Source of the DNA: Dimorphilus gyrociliatus
Taxonomy: Eukaryota; Animalia; Annelida
Direction: 5' to 3'
DNA: 64,000 nt
Assembly (NCBI GenBank): GCA_904063045.1
Contig: CAJFCJ010000012.1
Coordinates: forward strand, 186,001-250,000
The position numbers were made by a program, and so were the translations under genes. Below are positions 50,280 to 61,652 of the stretch, one piece after another. The notes under the pieces are model-generated. The model made no database searches and was not told the origin of the DNA. It worked only from the letters and a program-made list of their open reading frames with translations. The first letter of the stretch is position 1; the number at the start of each line of letters is the position of its first letter.

Positions 50280-53200
50280 ATGCAACCTGCTGATACAGTA
50301 CCAAATTCTAATTGGCCTAATTCGTTCGAACAAGAAGGTCAAAATCATATTTGGCCTAATATGCAGTGGCAGCAAGATGACGCGCAACAGCAACAGGGCG
50401 CTGCGTACATTCCGCCGAATCTTTCTATGCAGCAACCCTTATTTTATCCCAATCTGGTATGTTATCTATTCAAAGACAGCCAAGTCTTATCAACTAGATC
50501 AATTCTAGCAGTATTGAAATTTCATTCTCATTGTTAGAAGTATTACTAAAACCTATGCTAGAGACACACAAGCCAAAATATTTGGCAGTTTGAACGAATT
50601 GTTATATAAATACTCAAAAGATACCCTCCATTTCGAGCTAATATGTCTTACAAGTATTTACTTGTTAGAAATAATCAGTTTTAAAAAAGCTAGATTTTAT
50701 TGGTATGATTTATATTAAATGAGTTTATACAGATGTTTTTACACTTCCGCGTCTCATATTAGAGCTCAAATTTTTTTAATTTAAACGTGTTTATACACCT
50801 ATACTTTTACACCTGTTCCTGTAATATACAGGCCTAGGCAGTTATCCAGGCTATGAACATGAGATATTATTCATATTTTTTTTATAAAGATAGCGATACA
50901 TGAATAGAATCCCTGTTTTATTGCATTGGTCAATATTGAAAGCCCTTTTTTATTTAATATTTTTATATTAATACAGCAGTGTCAGATGTATCTTCGATCG
51001 ATTCAAGCCCAGCAGCAACAGCAAGCAGAAAGTCGGTCTTCAGCTAATGTCGCAAATTCCCAACCTTTTTTGCCCCATTCGGATCATCAGGTAAGCTATT
51101 TATAACTTTTTATGTAAGGTAGGAGGCAAGTTACAAGTTTATTGTGCGAAAGCCTTGTTTAAAAAATGATATTTTCTTTCCCTAATTGCTAAACGTAGTC
51201 TTATTTTCTATTGTTTTTCATAATTAAATCCTTTTCATCATATTTTCTAAGGTCGATTACTTTAAAATCATTTCAAAAAACTGTGTATGTTCAGTTCTTT
51301 GGAACTAGAAACAAGAGGTTGGAGGGTTTTGAACTCACAAACATAGTTAAATGAAAATTGGTGACACTTGTTTACAATATGATTAAATGTATTCGATGAA
51401 TCAAATTTCGTGCATTAGTGGTTGAATTAGCTAAATCTCATTATTTTTTATCAATTAGTGAACAAAATTTTCATAAAATATCCCGTAAACTTATATGCAC
51501 CCACCGCTTTTACTTTGATTGTATCGATCGCGACATAACTTACTGCGCCACCTGGTGAAAATTGTGCTGTTAGAAAAGAGACGTTCGATGCAATGTTTAC
51601 AGCTGGTCACAGATGTACGATTTGTGCACGTTCAACACCGGTTTCCATTCAAGATGATACAGCCGTAACGTCCTTTCTCTCGCCAGGAGATATTTTCTTT
51701 TTTTCGCATAATTCATACGTAGTGTGTGTCAAGAGGTCGTCGACACCATCTATTTTGCCAAAACGTGGAGATGGCTGGAAAAATAAACATTTTACTAAGA
51801 AAAAGAGGACGGATTCTACTGGGGTAGGCTATTCGATCAGTTTTGAAATTGAAATAATGCGTATTTTACGAGAAAACATATAAAATATGTTGCGTAATTA
51901 TTGATCCTCATAGGCGATGCCGGTAGAAGCTGGTTTCGTGGGCGTGAGACTTGTGTGCAATTTTTTTTTGTTTTACAAATTTCGGGCGTATTTTAATTTT
52001 TCTGACAATAACTGTTGTAAATTTTACTAAAAGGCCTATTTTCGGAAGACTCCAATAAATGGCCTATTCAATAGAGTACACCCATGATGTCATCTTGGAA
52101 ACTGGTATCTAACGAAAATATATCAGTGCTACTATATTATATATAGGTCTATTCTAATAATCATTCTGTAACTGTTAACAGAGAATTTTTATAGAGAATA
52201 TAATATTTTTATAGTTAGTCCTGCATTCTTCAAATTCTTTATATATTGTTTCACTGATTTGTCCACTGAGTAATATAATTGCTTCTACCAACTGATGATC
52301 AAATAAGTAACCTGAACATAAACTAAACCTAGGTTCTAAAGAGAGGCAATTTAGTAATATCTTAATAAAAGCTGCAACTCTATAAAGGAACTGAGTTGCT
52401 GAAAACGATCCTAATCTTTAAGTAACTTTACAAATAGAGCTTCAATTCATTATATAGTCATTTTGCCAAATGTCACTTCACTGTGACCTGCTGACAAGCC
52501 TGTTTTTCAACAAGTTATACATGTTTATAGAAAATTGGTAACACCAAAGCCCAATTAAACAATTCTTCAGTTCTACTCTAGAATCTTGATTATATATACA
52601 ATTGTCTTTCTTTATAACATCGAGTTTTATTTGAAAATATTTTTGAACAAGAGTTGTATGCTTGTCATATGATGCAGCTGTTAAAATGAAATTAACAATT
52701 GATTTAGTTAGTGAAACGAAAAAATCTTTTTTTTCTTACAACACTTGAGCTATTCTGTAACTTTTCACTCTTGAATATATGAAATATGTTGTCTAAAATC
52801 AGGGTATCATATTGTTTTTTTTCTCAAACAGCTAAATAAACTGAATCCAAATGCTAGCACTTTTCATGCGAAAAATGCTCCTGAAACACAACAACAGGCA
52901 AATGGGGCCAATGAATGGCAAGATGCTGAAAGCGAAGCATCTAATCAGTCTGGTAAGCTTTAAATATTTCCACCAAAATATATTCTAATTTCAATGTGAT
53001 TGAGAAAGATGTCATTAAAGAGAGACATACCAATAATCAAAATATGAACATCTTTCAATCATTGCCAATTCTATTAAATAAAAATTAAATTTTTCTCATG
53101 ATTAACAACTACGTACATATTCTAAAATTTTCTTCAACAGCAAATCAGTCAGAAGTCCTGCATCAACCTAATGGCGATATGACCCCAGTGGACGCTCCGA

Positions 53201-54091
53201 CATCAGCAATTCATGCACCAGGAGTTTATCTACCTGACGATCAAACCTTAGACAAAGTTCTTAATAAAGACGAATTGTTAAATCGACTTCGTTCGCAGCT
53301 GGAATATTATTTTCGCCGGGAAAATCTTTCAACTGACGCCTATTTACTGTCACAAATGGACTCTGACACGTACGTGCCAATTGTGACAATAGCAAAATTT
53401 AACCAGGTAACTGTCATGATACCCGTGATTGTACATGTAAGGAATTAAAATTGTTTACCATAGGTGCGTAAGCTAACGCAGGATATTAGTTTGGTCGTCG
53501 AAGCACTGAAAACGTCATCAGAGCTGCAGCTGGATGATAAATTCGAGAGGGTGAGGGCTGCTCAGAAGCGCTGTGTCGTAATTCTGAGAGAAATTCCTCA
53601 GTCAACACCTGTTGATGAGGTAAATATTGTTAAATTTAAAAAGTTTCAATTTTTGTACACTTGTTTGTTAATTCCAGGTAAAAGGCCTCTTTAACTCTCC
53701 GGAATGTCCAAAATTTGTTAGTTGTGTGCATGAGCATAATGATGCATGGTATGTCAATTTTGAAACAGAAGAAAAAGCTCAGACTGCCTATCAATATCTG
53801 CGGGAAAATGTTCAGACTTTCTTGGGAAAGCCTTTGATGGCAAGGATCAAGGCAAAACCGGCCGTAACACCAAGGTCCTTTTATCCGTCTTCAAAAGCGA
53901 ATTCCCAAATTTCCCGATCAGTAAATTTAACGAGACAGCAATCTTCTGCTACTCCCATTTCTGTATCGGGATCCGTAGCTTCTACTGCTTCAGTCACCCA
54001 GCAACCACCAACGCCTTCTGAAACACCAACTTCGCAGTCTCAACCTCAGCAACAACAACAGCAGCCACAGCAGCAACAACAACAGCAACAA

Positions 54092-54123
<32 letters not shown>

Positions 54124-55939
54124 ACAGAATCAATTATTACAGCATCCTTTAACAATGATACCTCCACTTTACCCAAGTGCTAATGCAATCCCGCAATTAA
54201 TGGCGCTTAGTCAGCAGCAGCAGCAGCAACAAGTCGCTACATCTTCATATAATCAAACTCAACAAACAGCTGCTCAGCAGCAGTTGTCTATGTTTCCTAC
54301 TCAGAATTTCTTTCCTATCTTCCAGTATCAACCAACTACGGACCCGAGTACAGCATTTATGGCTCGAGGATACACAGTTGGTAGTCAGATAAGTGGAGGA
54401 GGTTCTGGATCTAATAGTGGAGGGAATGGCCAACAAGCTGGACAGAAAAACTATCAGGGAAGAAATAGTATAGGTTCAAATGGAGGACGAGGTTCAAATA
54501 GCGCAAATGGGACCAGAAGCAGCCCTAGAGCACAAAGTGGCGTTATGAATGGTGAGTGAAGAACTTAAGTTATTCTAAATGTAGGCATTCTAAATTGTTT
54601 GCACCAGTACTAATTGGTCGTGATACTAAAACATAAGCTATATTTTCACTGGTCACCAAGTCGTACTATTTAGATTTTACATGTTGATATATTTATATAT
54701 AATGCATAGTTGATTGACAAGAGTTATTGAGATGATTTTTTGTTATTAGCGAGATCAGAATATCCGGCACGCCAGCAACGCAACGAAATAGCGCAAACTC
54801 ATTCAATGCAACCGCATCCTGTGCATGGAGTTGTCCACCAGAAAAACGTCGATGTGATGCAAGCAATGCAACAAGTACTAGGCCATCAAATACATCCGAA
54901 TACTCAGATGCCACCTCGTTATTCGTATGTATAATTTCGAAATATCTAAGTTCAATTTTAACTCAATTTCCCTTACAGTCGACAGACAAATCAACAGTTT
55001 TCTCGAAATCGAGGTCGCCGAAGAGATGAAGATGAAATTAAACAACCCAGAAGAATGGATGGCGGTTCCATTATAAAAAACTCCAGGGATTCCAATTTTC
55101 AATTGGAGTCAAACTCTTTTCCGCCTTTACCCGGTGCTAATGTGAGAATTTTTTAGGGTAAAATTTGGCTCTTTCTTCATTGTGACTTTTCATTTCAGAG
55201 TAAATCGAACGAAAACGTTCAATCGAATGCCTCATCAGAGCGAATGAGCGATGTCGTGAAGGGTACGACTAAAACACCAACCCCTCGTGAGACAACGCCT
55301 GCATCCGTCAGCAGTGTAGAGCATAAGACTCCTCCTAAGCAACAACCGACAGCAAATGTAACCGAAACGACTGTCGCTGATGTGGAAGCGATAACAAATG
55401 GCCTTAACTCCGTACAAGTAAAAAAAGAAACAACCTCTAAAAATTCAAGCGCGAGATCGTCTTTATCACCTCAGTAAGTGATTTTATCTTTGTTAGGTAT
55501 GCAGGAAACAAGAAAGCAAATACTTCAATTGAGAACTTTTAAGGGGATATTGCAATCCACTCTTCTTGAAGTACATGAGTTAATTAATAAGGCAATTTTG
55601 TAAATGATGACAAACTCGCTCTTGACAAATGTGAGAGTTATGTGTGATTTAATGAGTCTGATAAATTTATAAAGCTATTTCCAAGTCATCGAAAGTTAAT
55701 CTTTGAACTCTTTTAGATATATATTTCTTATTAACAGGGCTTCAGCCGCTTCGGAAAACAACAACAAGCCTTCTCAACAAAGTTCCAGTCCTGCTACTTC
55801 TTTAGCGTCAGTTGTTGCTGGGAAAATATGGAAAACTCCAGCAAACAATATGAGCTATGCGCAAAAGGTAGCTCAGGCTTCGCAGCGTGATGGTGTTGTC
55901 ACTTCTCCTGAACCAGAATCGATACCGCCTGCAAACGGC

Positions 55940-55973
<34 letters not shown>

Positions 55974-56173
55974 GTAACAGTAGTAGCAATACCCAAGCTG
56001 CCACTGAAGCCACGCCTCAATCTCCAAGTCGAGCTCCAAGCGATAGTAACACTCAGCAAAGTAACTCGTATAGAGGAGGATTTAGGCAACGTGGTTCTAG
56101 ACCTGGATTCAGGCCTAGAAATGAAAGAAGAGCACACTATCGACCCGTTAACACAAACGGAGCGTCAAAATAG
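50280..56173 (+). CDS. LARP4: La-related protein 4/4B (LARP4 family), long isoform about 918 aa
   Basis: Exons 50280-50456, 50977-51090, 52832-52952, 53141-53406, 53464-53619, 53678-54551, 54750-54924, 54979-55141, 55199-55473, 55738-56173 (2757 nt, in frame). Motifs: PAM2 LNPNASTF, La motif ([24 protein letters not shown]), RRM ([10 protein letters not shown]...HNDAWYVNF...ARIKAK), and LARP4-type C-terminal [13 protein letters not shown] and RMSDVVKG. Confidence 0.92.
51917..51943 (+). CDS. LARP4: Candidate alternative first coding exon of LARP4 (MPVEAGFVG)
   Basis: ATG...GGC|gtgaga is a phase-0 donor that joins in frame to the PAM2 exon at 52832. It lies at the end of a CpG-enriched, promoter-like stretch (about 51500-51950). 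Confidence 0.5.
54047..54127 (+). repeat. Coding CAG/CAA repeat (Q6-P-Q20) in LARP4
   Basis: 20 consecutive mixed CAG/CAA codons at 54068-54127. Confidence 0.95.
55940..55972 (+). repeat. Coding (AAT)10-AAC repeat (poly-Asn, N11) in LARP4
   Basis: Seen directly in the terminal exon. Confidence 0.95.
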
Positions 56174-56419
56174 GAAAGTTTAAAAAAATTGTCTAGTCTG
56201 GTGCTGATGGACACTTGATTTTATTGCTAAAAGTGCCGGCACTTTATCACTGCAGTCCTTTTTTTAAAAAAAAATGGAAGGTGATGCGGTGTTTACTCTA
56301 ATTTGGTTTTCTGGTGCTGCCTACAGATTATTACTCTTTATACCACGAACATAAAACCGCTAGACGCTCAAAGACGCGGCATCTTCGCCTTCTTTTCTCG
56401 ATCCTCGTGTTAGTATATT

Positions 56420-56610
56420 TGTATATGTATATATATATATATTTATATATATATTTATATATATATATATATGAAGTATTTAATGTTTATATATGTAAAT
56501 GTATACATGCACCCGCATATATATTTATATATTTAAATTCGTATATATATAAATATATATATATATATATGTATCTATATATATATACACGTATATATAT
56601 ATATATAATC
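56420..56610. repeat. Degenerate (TA)n low-complexity tract in the LARP4 3' UTR
   Basis: About 190 nt of interrupted TA repeats about 250 nt after the stop codon. Confidence 0.85.
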
Positions 56611-58782
56611 AAATTTTGCGTTTTTGAATGAAAGAGTGAATGTTCGTTTCTGTTTCAAAATGTTTCATGTGCATAACGACACATATGTATATATATCATA
56701 GATGTGTGTCATAAATATATATATACATAAATTGTATATTTATATTTATATGTATCAGTGTGTATTATTAAATGTACATTTCGTTTGCTACACAATTCTG
56801 TTTCTATGCGTTACTTCTAAAATGTCCAAATACTAAGTGTAAATAATATAAAATGTAGGAAGACCTATAAAATTGTAAATATTTGTACATTGTTTTGTAT
56901 CATTGACCAAACTCAAAAAATTCAAAAAATATGGTTTTTCTCCTGTTCTCTATATCCATGTATTAACTCTAATCGTGTTGTTTTTGGCGAAGTTTTACAG
57001 ACTTGTCAGAAGATATGTATGTTATGACTATAAGATACATAAACACGCGTATATATATATATCTACATATATTTGTTTATATGTATAAAATATAAGTATA
57101 TATACTGTAGCAGTTTGGAACTTCGAACTCTTCAGAAGTTTAAAATCTGTGTCTCATTTTGGACTGTGTTAGATTTTTTGGGAAGAGATTATAAATTGGT
57201 TTGTTAAGTATTCTCCGAATATTTTATCCCTCTTTTTTTACCCTATTTTAGAAAAATTTTAAGCTTAACGAAGTTAATTTGGCCGATGCTGTTTAAATTG
57301 TTTTAATTTATTGCTTTCTTGCTGTGTGAACTTTTGTGAATGTTTCATGATTGTTGAGACAAGTCTCATCTCTATCCCTCCTAATAATCTAACACAGTGT
57401 CAAAATTGATTTCTCTTTATTTAATGAATTTCAACCTAGTAAATGAGCGTTCTTTGGTTTGATCATGATAATACGAAGGTGTTAACTAAAAAATAGCGAA
57501 TATAAGGCTTCGTGGTCTAGCTTTTTGTGAAGTTGTGGTTAAACTGACAACTGATAAATTAATAATACTGTGTGCTTTCTTAAATAAGAACATGAAAAAA
57601 AAACGAATGTATGTTAAGGTATGAATGGGAGTTTGAACGCCATTCCAAATAGGTCCTGTTCAAGATAGTCTACTTTTGCAAAAAAAAAATGAGTCAAGCG
57701 TTCTGCTCCAAAAAGTTCGAATTTGTCTGTATCTTTCGAAAGTTCGTGTTTTTTTTTCATATTGTTCAAAAAAAATTTCAGTTGTTTGCTCAAAGTAATA
57801 TGGAGCAGAATGGTACAGAAATTACGACACTAATCGAAATTTTTGTAGCTATTATTTATTGTTTTAAGTGGAAAATTTGGCATGAAACTGCAGTATTTGA
57901 GTGGACTTTTTTTTATCTTATTATGATGACTGTGTTATTGTTTGATAACATTTAAGTTAATTATTTGAATATAACTCTTGTTCAATACCAACAAAAAAAA
58001 GTCTCTGACCGATAAAAAGTAACGAATGGTATTGTTCCGTAAAAAAAGTTTACCTACTTGTTTACTCTAGCAAATGCAGATTATTTATAGCATTTTCTTT
58101 TATGCTGTATTCATATATTGTAACTGAACAAAATTAATTAAACACTAAATTTTTGTCCATTGTTATTGATGTAACGTTAACTTTTTATCATTTATTATGT
58201 ATTTTCCGTTATTATGTAATGAAAAATAATTTGTTAATAAAAAAAAAAATGTGGACAGCTGTTATACTTTGCTGGAGCATAGCTTTGTTTTGTAAGGCTT
58301 CAATTTGTTAACAGTAATGATAATGGAAGAAAAAAACCCGTCATGTTTTTCAAAACTACTGTTAATTGTGCCTACTTTATAGCGTGCCGAAAAATTCATG
58401 TTTTTTGCGTTTAAAAGTAGCTATATTCTTTAAAAATGCTCTGCAGTATTTGTTAAAATTTGTATTAAATGAGCCTGTATACGAAAAAAAGTTATTTTTT
58501 GAAAATACACAATTTTGTCCACAAAAAAACTTCTTTGTCCTCATTGCTTATAGTTCATATGTTTTTACAAAGTCATCTCAATATATATACTATATATAGA
58601 ATATATACCTATAGATAAAGAAATAAATATAGATTTTAGTCCTGAACCTCTAACGCACTATCTTTCGACGAAGTTAAAGAGATTTTGCTATCACCAATGC
58701 GATTATACAAACTTTTCACAAATTACCTTATGGATATTAATCAATGTTATGCTTAAGCGACATCTACATTCCGAGTTGTAAC

Positions 58783-61123
58783 ATGGCTGCCTTAAAGTAT
58801 TTGAAAGGTTTTGGCAAAAATTTTATTAGCATACAACGTTCTGCTACGAATTTAAAAAGAAATGTGGCTTCGCTAAATACAGTACAACTAAGGTACTTAT
58901 ATTTTGTGGTTTAAAGTTTAATTTACCTGTAAATTTGGGGAGAAAGTAGTTCTTTCAATACAATCGGTAAAATAATTTTTTAGCAGACGAAAAACCTAGA
59001 TTTTGCTCCCAGACTAATACCAGTTAGTTGTGTAATAATATGATTATGTAACATATACAGTATATATATATATACAGTAAATAAAATTGTATTGTCTGTC
59101 TAGACTAAACCAATACGTAACGAACGATATTCTACAGAATTGCTTTTTTTTATTGTTATTTATTAAATTAAAACAGGTTCAACTCATCAGCTAGCGAAGA
59201 AACTCGACCAGAGCCATGCCAATCCGATTCTATGCTTGATATAGGAACGAGAAGAATTTTTTCTGAAGAACATGACATGTTCCGTAGATCAGTTCGGAAA
59301 TTCTTTCAAGAACGAGTAGTACCATTTCATACTCAGTTCGTTTTTCTTTTATATTCTTACAACCACACCTATATTAAGGACAACTGTCCTTTAAACACCT
59401 TAAGTTTTAAATATTTCACCTTTTAATTAAAAAGGGTATAGTTCAATTTAAGAAGGCGTTAAAACTATAAATTCTTATTTTTAAGTAATAAAAAATATAA
59501 TCTTAATATCAATAGACAGACTGTTTCCTTTACAAGGGTCAATGTACAATTGAATAGTTCAAAGTGCAAATACTTTTACGTGACTTTGTGCCATTCTTTA
59601 AGGAGAAATTTGTACTTTGAACAACTTTTGTTCCATTTTATAAGCCAAATATAAAATTGTCTAAGTGACAGCAATCATTTCATATCTTAAACAAAATATT
59701 CTATATTTTAAGATGGGAAAAGGATGGCCAAGTTAGTAGAGAAGTATGGCAACAAGCCGGCGAACAAGGTAATTTGTATTAAACATTGACTTGTTTAGTT
59801 TATATCAAATAGAATAAATATTACATACAATCTATTTTTTATTAGGTTTATTAGGTATATCAACTCCTACTGAGTTTGGTGGCTTGGGAGGCGATTTCTT
59901 GTCATCAGCAATTGCTTTAGAAGAACAGTAAGTAATTTTAAATTACTTTATCATTGCAATCAACTTTTAGTTGACATTTCTCTTTTCCTAGGGGATACGC
60001 AAATGCAAGTGGACTTGGCTTCTCCTTGCATAGTGATATCGTAATGCCATATTTGTGGCGATATGGATCAAAAGAACAAATTGAAAAATATATGCCCATC
60101 ATGATGAACGGTACATGCATTACGGCAATTGCAATGACGGAACCATCAGCTGGCAGTGATCTTCAGGGAATTAAAACAAAAGCAGTTAAAGATGGAGATG
60201 ATTGGATCCTAAATGGATCTAAAGTTTTTATTACAAATGGTTACATGTGTGATATGTGCGTCGTCGTTGCTATTACCGATGGAACAGTTAGTGAAGTTTT
60301 TGAAATCCTTCAATATTTTATTAAAATTTAAATAATTAACATGTACCCGTTTTTATTTCAGGCGAAATCTACATCTCATGGAATAAGTCTGTTTTTGGTT
60401 GATGCAGATAAGCCTGGTTTTAAGAAAGGAAAAAAGTTGAATAAAATAGGAGCCAAAGCTCAAGATACGGCTGAACTTTTCTTCGAGGATGTTCGCCTTC
60501 CCTCCTCCGCTTTACTCGGTAAAGAAAATCATGGATTCTATTATCTTATGCAGGTATAAAATATTTTTGATGGGCTTTTTAAGTACATAATTATTAATTA
60601 TATATTATACTACTAGGAGCTACCAAGAGAACGTTTACTGATTATTATCTATGCACAAGCCCAAGCTGAATTTATGTTTGAGGAGACGAGAAAATACGTT
60701 AAAGAAAGAAAAGCTTTCGGAAAAACTTTAAGCAACTTACAAACAATCCAACATAAACTTGCCGAAATGAAATCTGAAATTGCTGTTGGAAGAGCATTTA
60801 CAGACATGTGCCTCGATTTATACAATAAAGGAGAGTTAGATTCAAGTACTGCTTCAATTGGAAAATATTGGTAATTATTCAATAATGATTTCATAAGAGT
60901 GGGAGATACCAAATTAATGAAACTAACATTAAAATTTACTTGCAGGCTTAGCGAAATGCAAAACAGGATTGCAACCCAATGTTTGCAATTGCATGGCGGT
61001 TGGGGTTACATGATGGAATATCCAATCGCAAGAAGCTTTCTAGATGCCAGAGTTCAACCAATTTATGGAGGTGCTAACGAAATTATGAAAGAGTTGATAG
61101 CCAGACAGATAATTATGGATTAA
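58783..61123 (+). CDS. ACADL: Long-chain acyl-CoA dehydrogenase, mitochondrial (copy 1), 8 exons, 441 aa
   Basis: Exons 58783-58892, 59177-59335, 59713-59768, 59846-59927, 59992-60286, 60362-60553, 60617-60870, 60946-61123 (1326 nt). Motifs: DIGTRRIFSEEHDMFRRSVRKFFQE, AMTEPSAGSDLQG, AQDTAELFFEDVRLP, LPRERL (LCAD-type catalytic Glu), LHGGWGYM, QPIYGGANEIMKELIAR. Basic, acid-free presequence. Confidence 0.95.
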
Positions 61124-61652
61124 CGAAAAGTGTGTCAAATTTAAATACTATGATAATATTTAATATAACATTGTTATTCTATTATCTAAATATTTTCGAA
61201 CTATATTTCATTCTGTCGAAAATAAATAACAACAAAAAAAATTTTAAAGTTATATTTCTACTACTTAAAGACTATTTTAAATTAGATATTTCGTACATCT
61301 AAAAGCAGATATAATGTATAAAGATAGCATAAATTATACAATGTAATAAATCAATGATTTCTTCTATGGAGTTATTTTATTGATTGATATGACTTAAAAA
61401 TCAAACTATCCTATTTTCCGGCTTATAAAAGCCTGTTACATGCCAAAGAAGTTGTCCTAAACAGATAAACATATGCGTTCTATTATTTTTTATCAGTAAA
61501 CTTTGAGTTTTTGGACCGTACAGCTTCACAACATTCAATATATATACTGCATATAATGTTAAAACTGCTCATTTGAATCGTAGAGCGCCAAATGCGATAA
61601 GTGCCATTGTACATATAGATAGCATAACGCAAAGGTCAATTAGCGAAGAAAT

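Noticed and set aside
51593-51883. 96-aa ORF inside a LARP4 intron
   Set aside because: No recognisable features; better explained as a GC-rich alternative promoter/5' UTR region.
53994-54436. Minus-strand Val/Ala-rich ORFs
   Set aside because: Antisense of the LARP4 CAG/CAA repeats.
56314-56631. 105-aa Tyr/Ile-rich ORF
   Set aside because: Translation of TA dinucleotide repeats in the 3' UTR.
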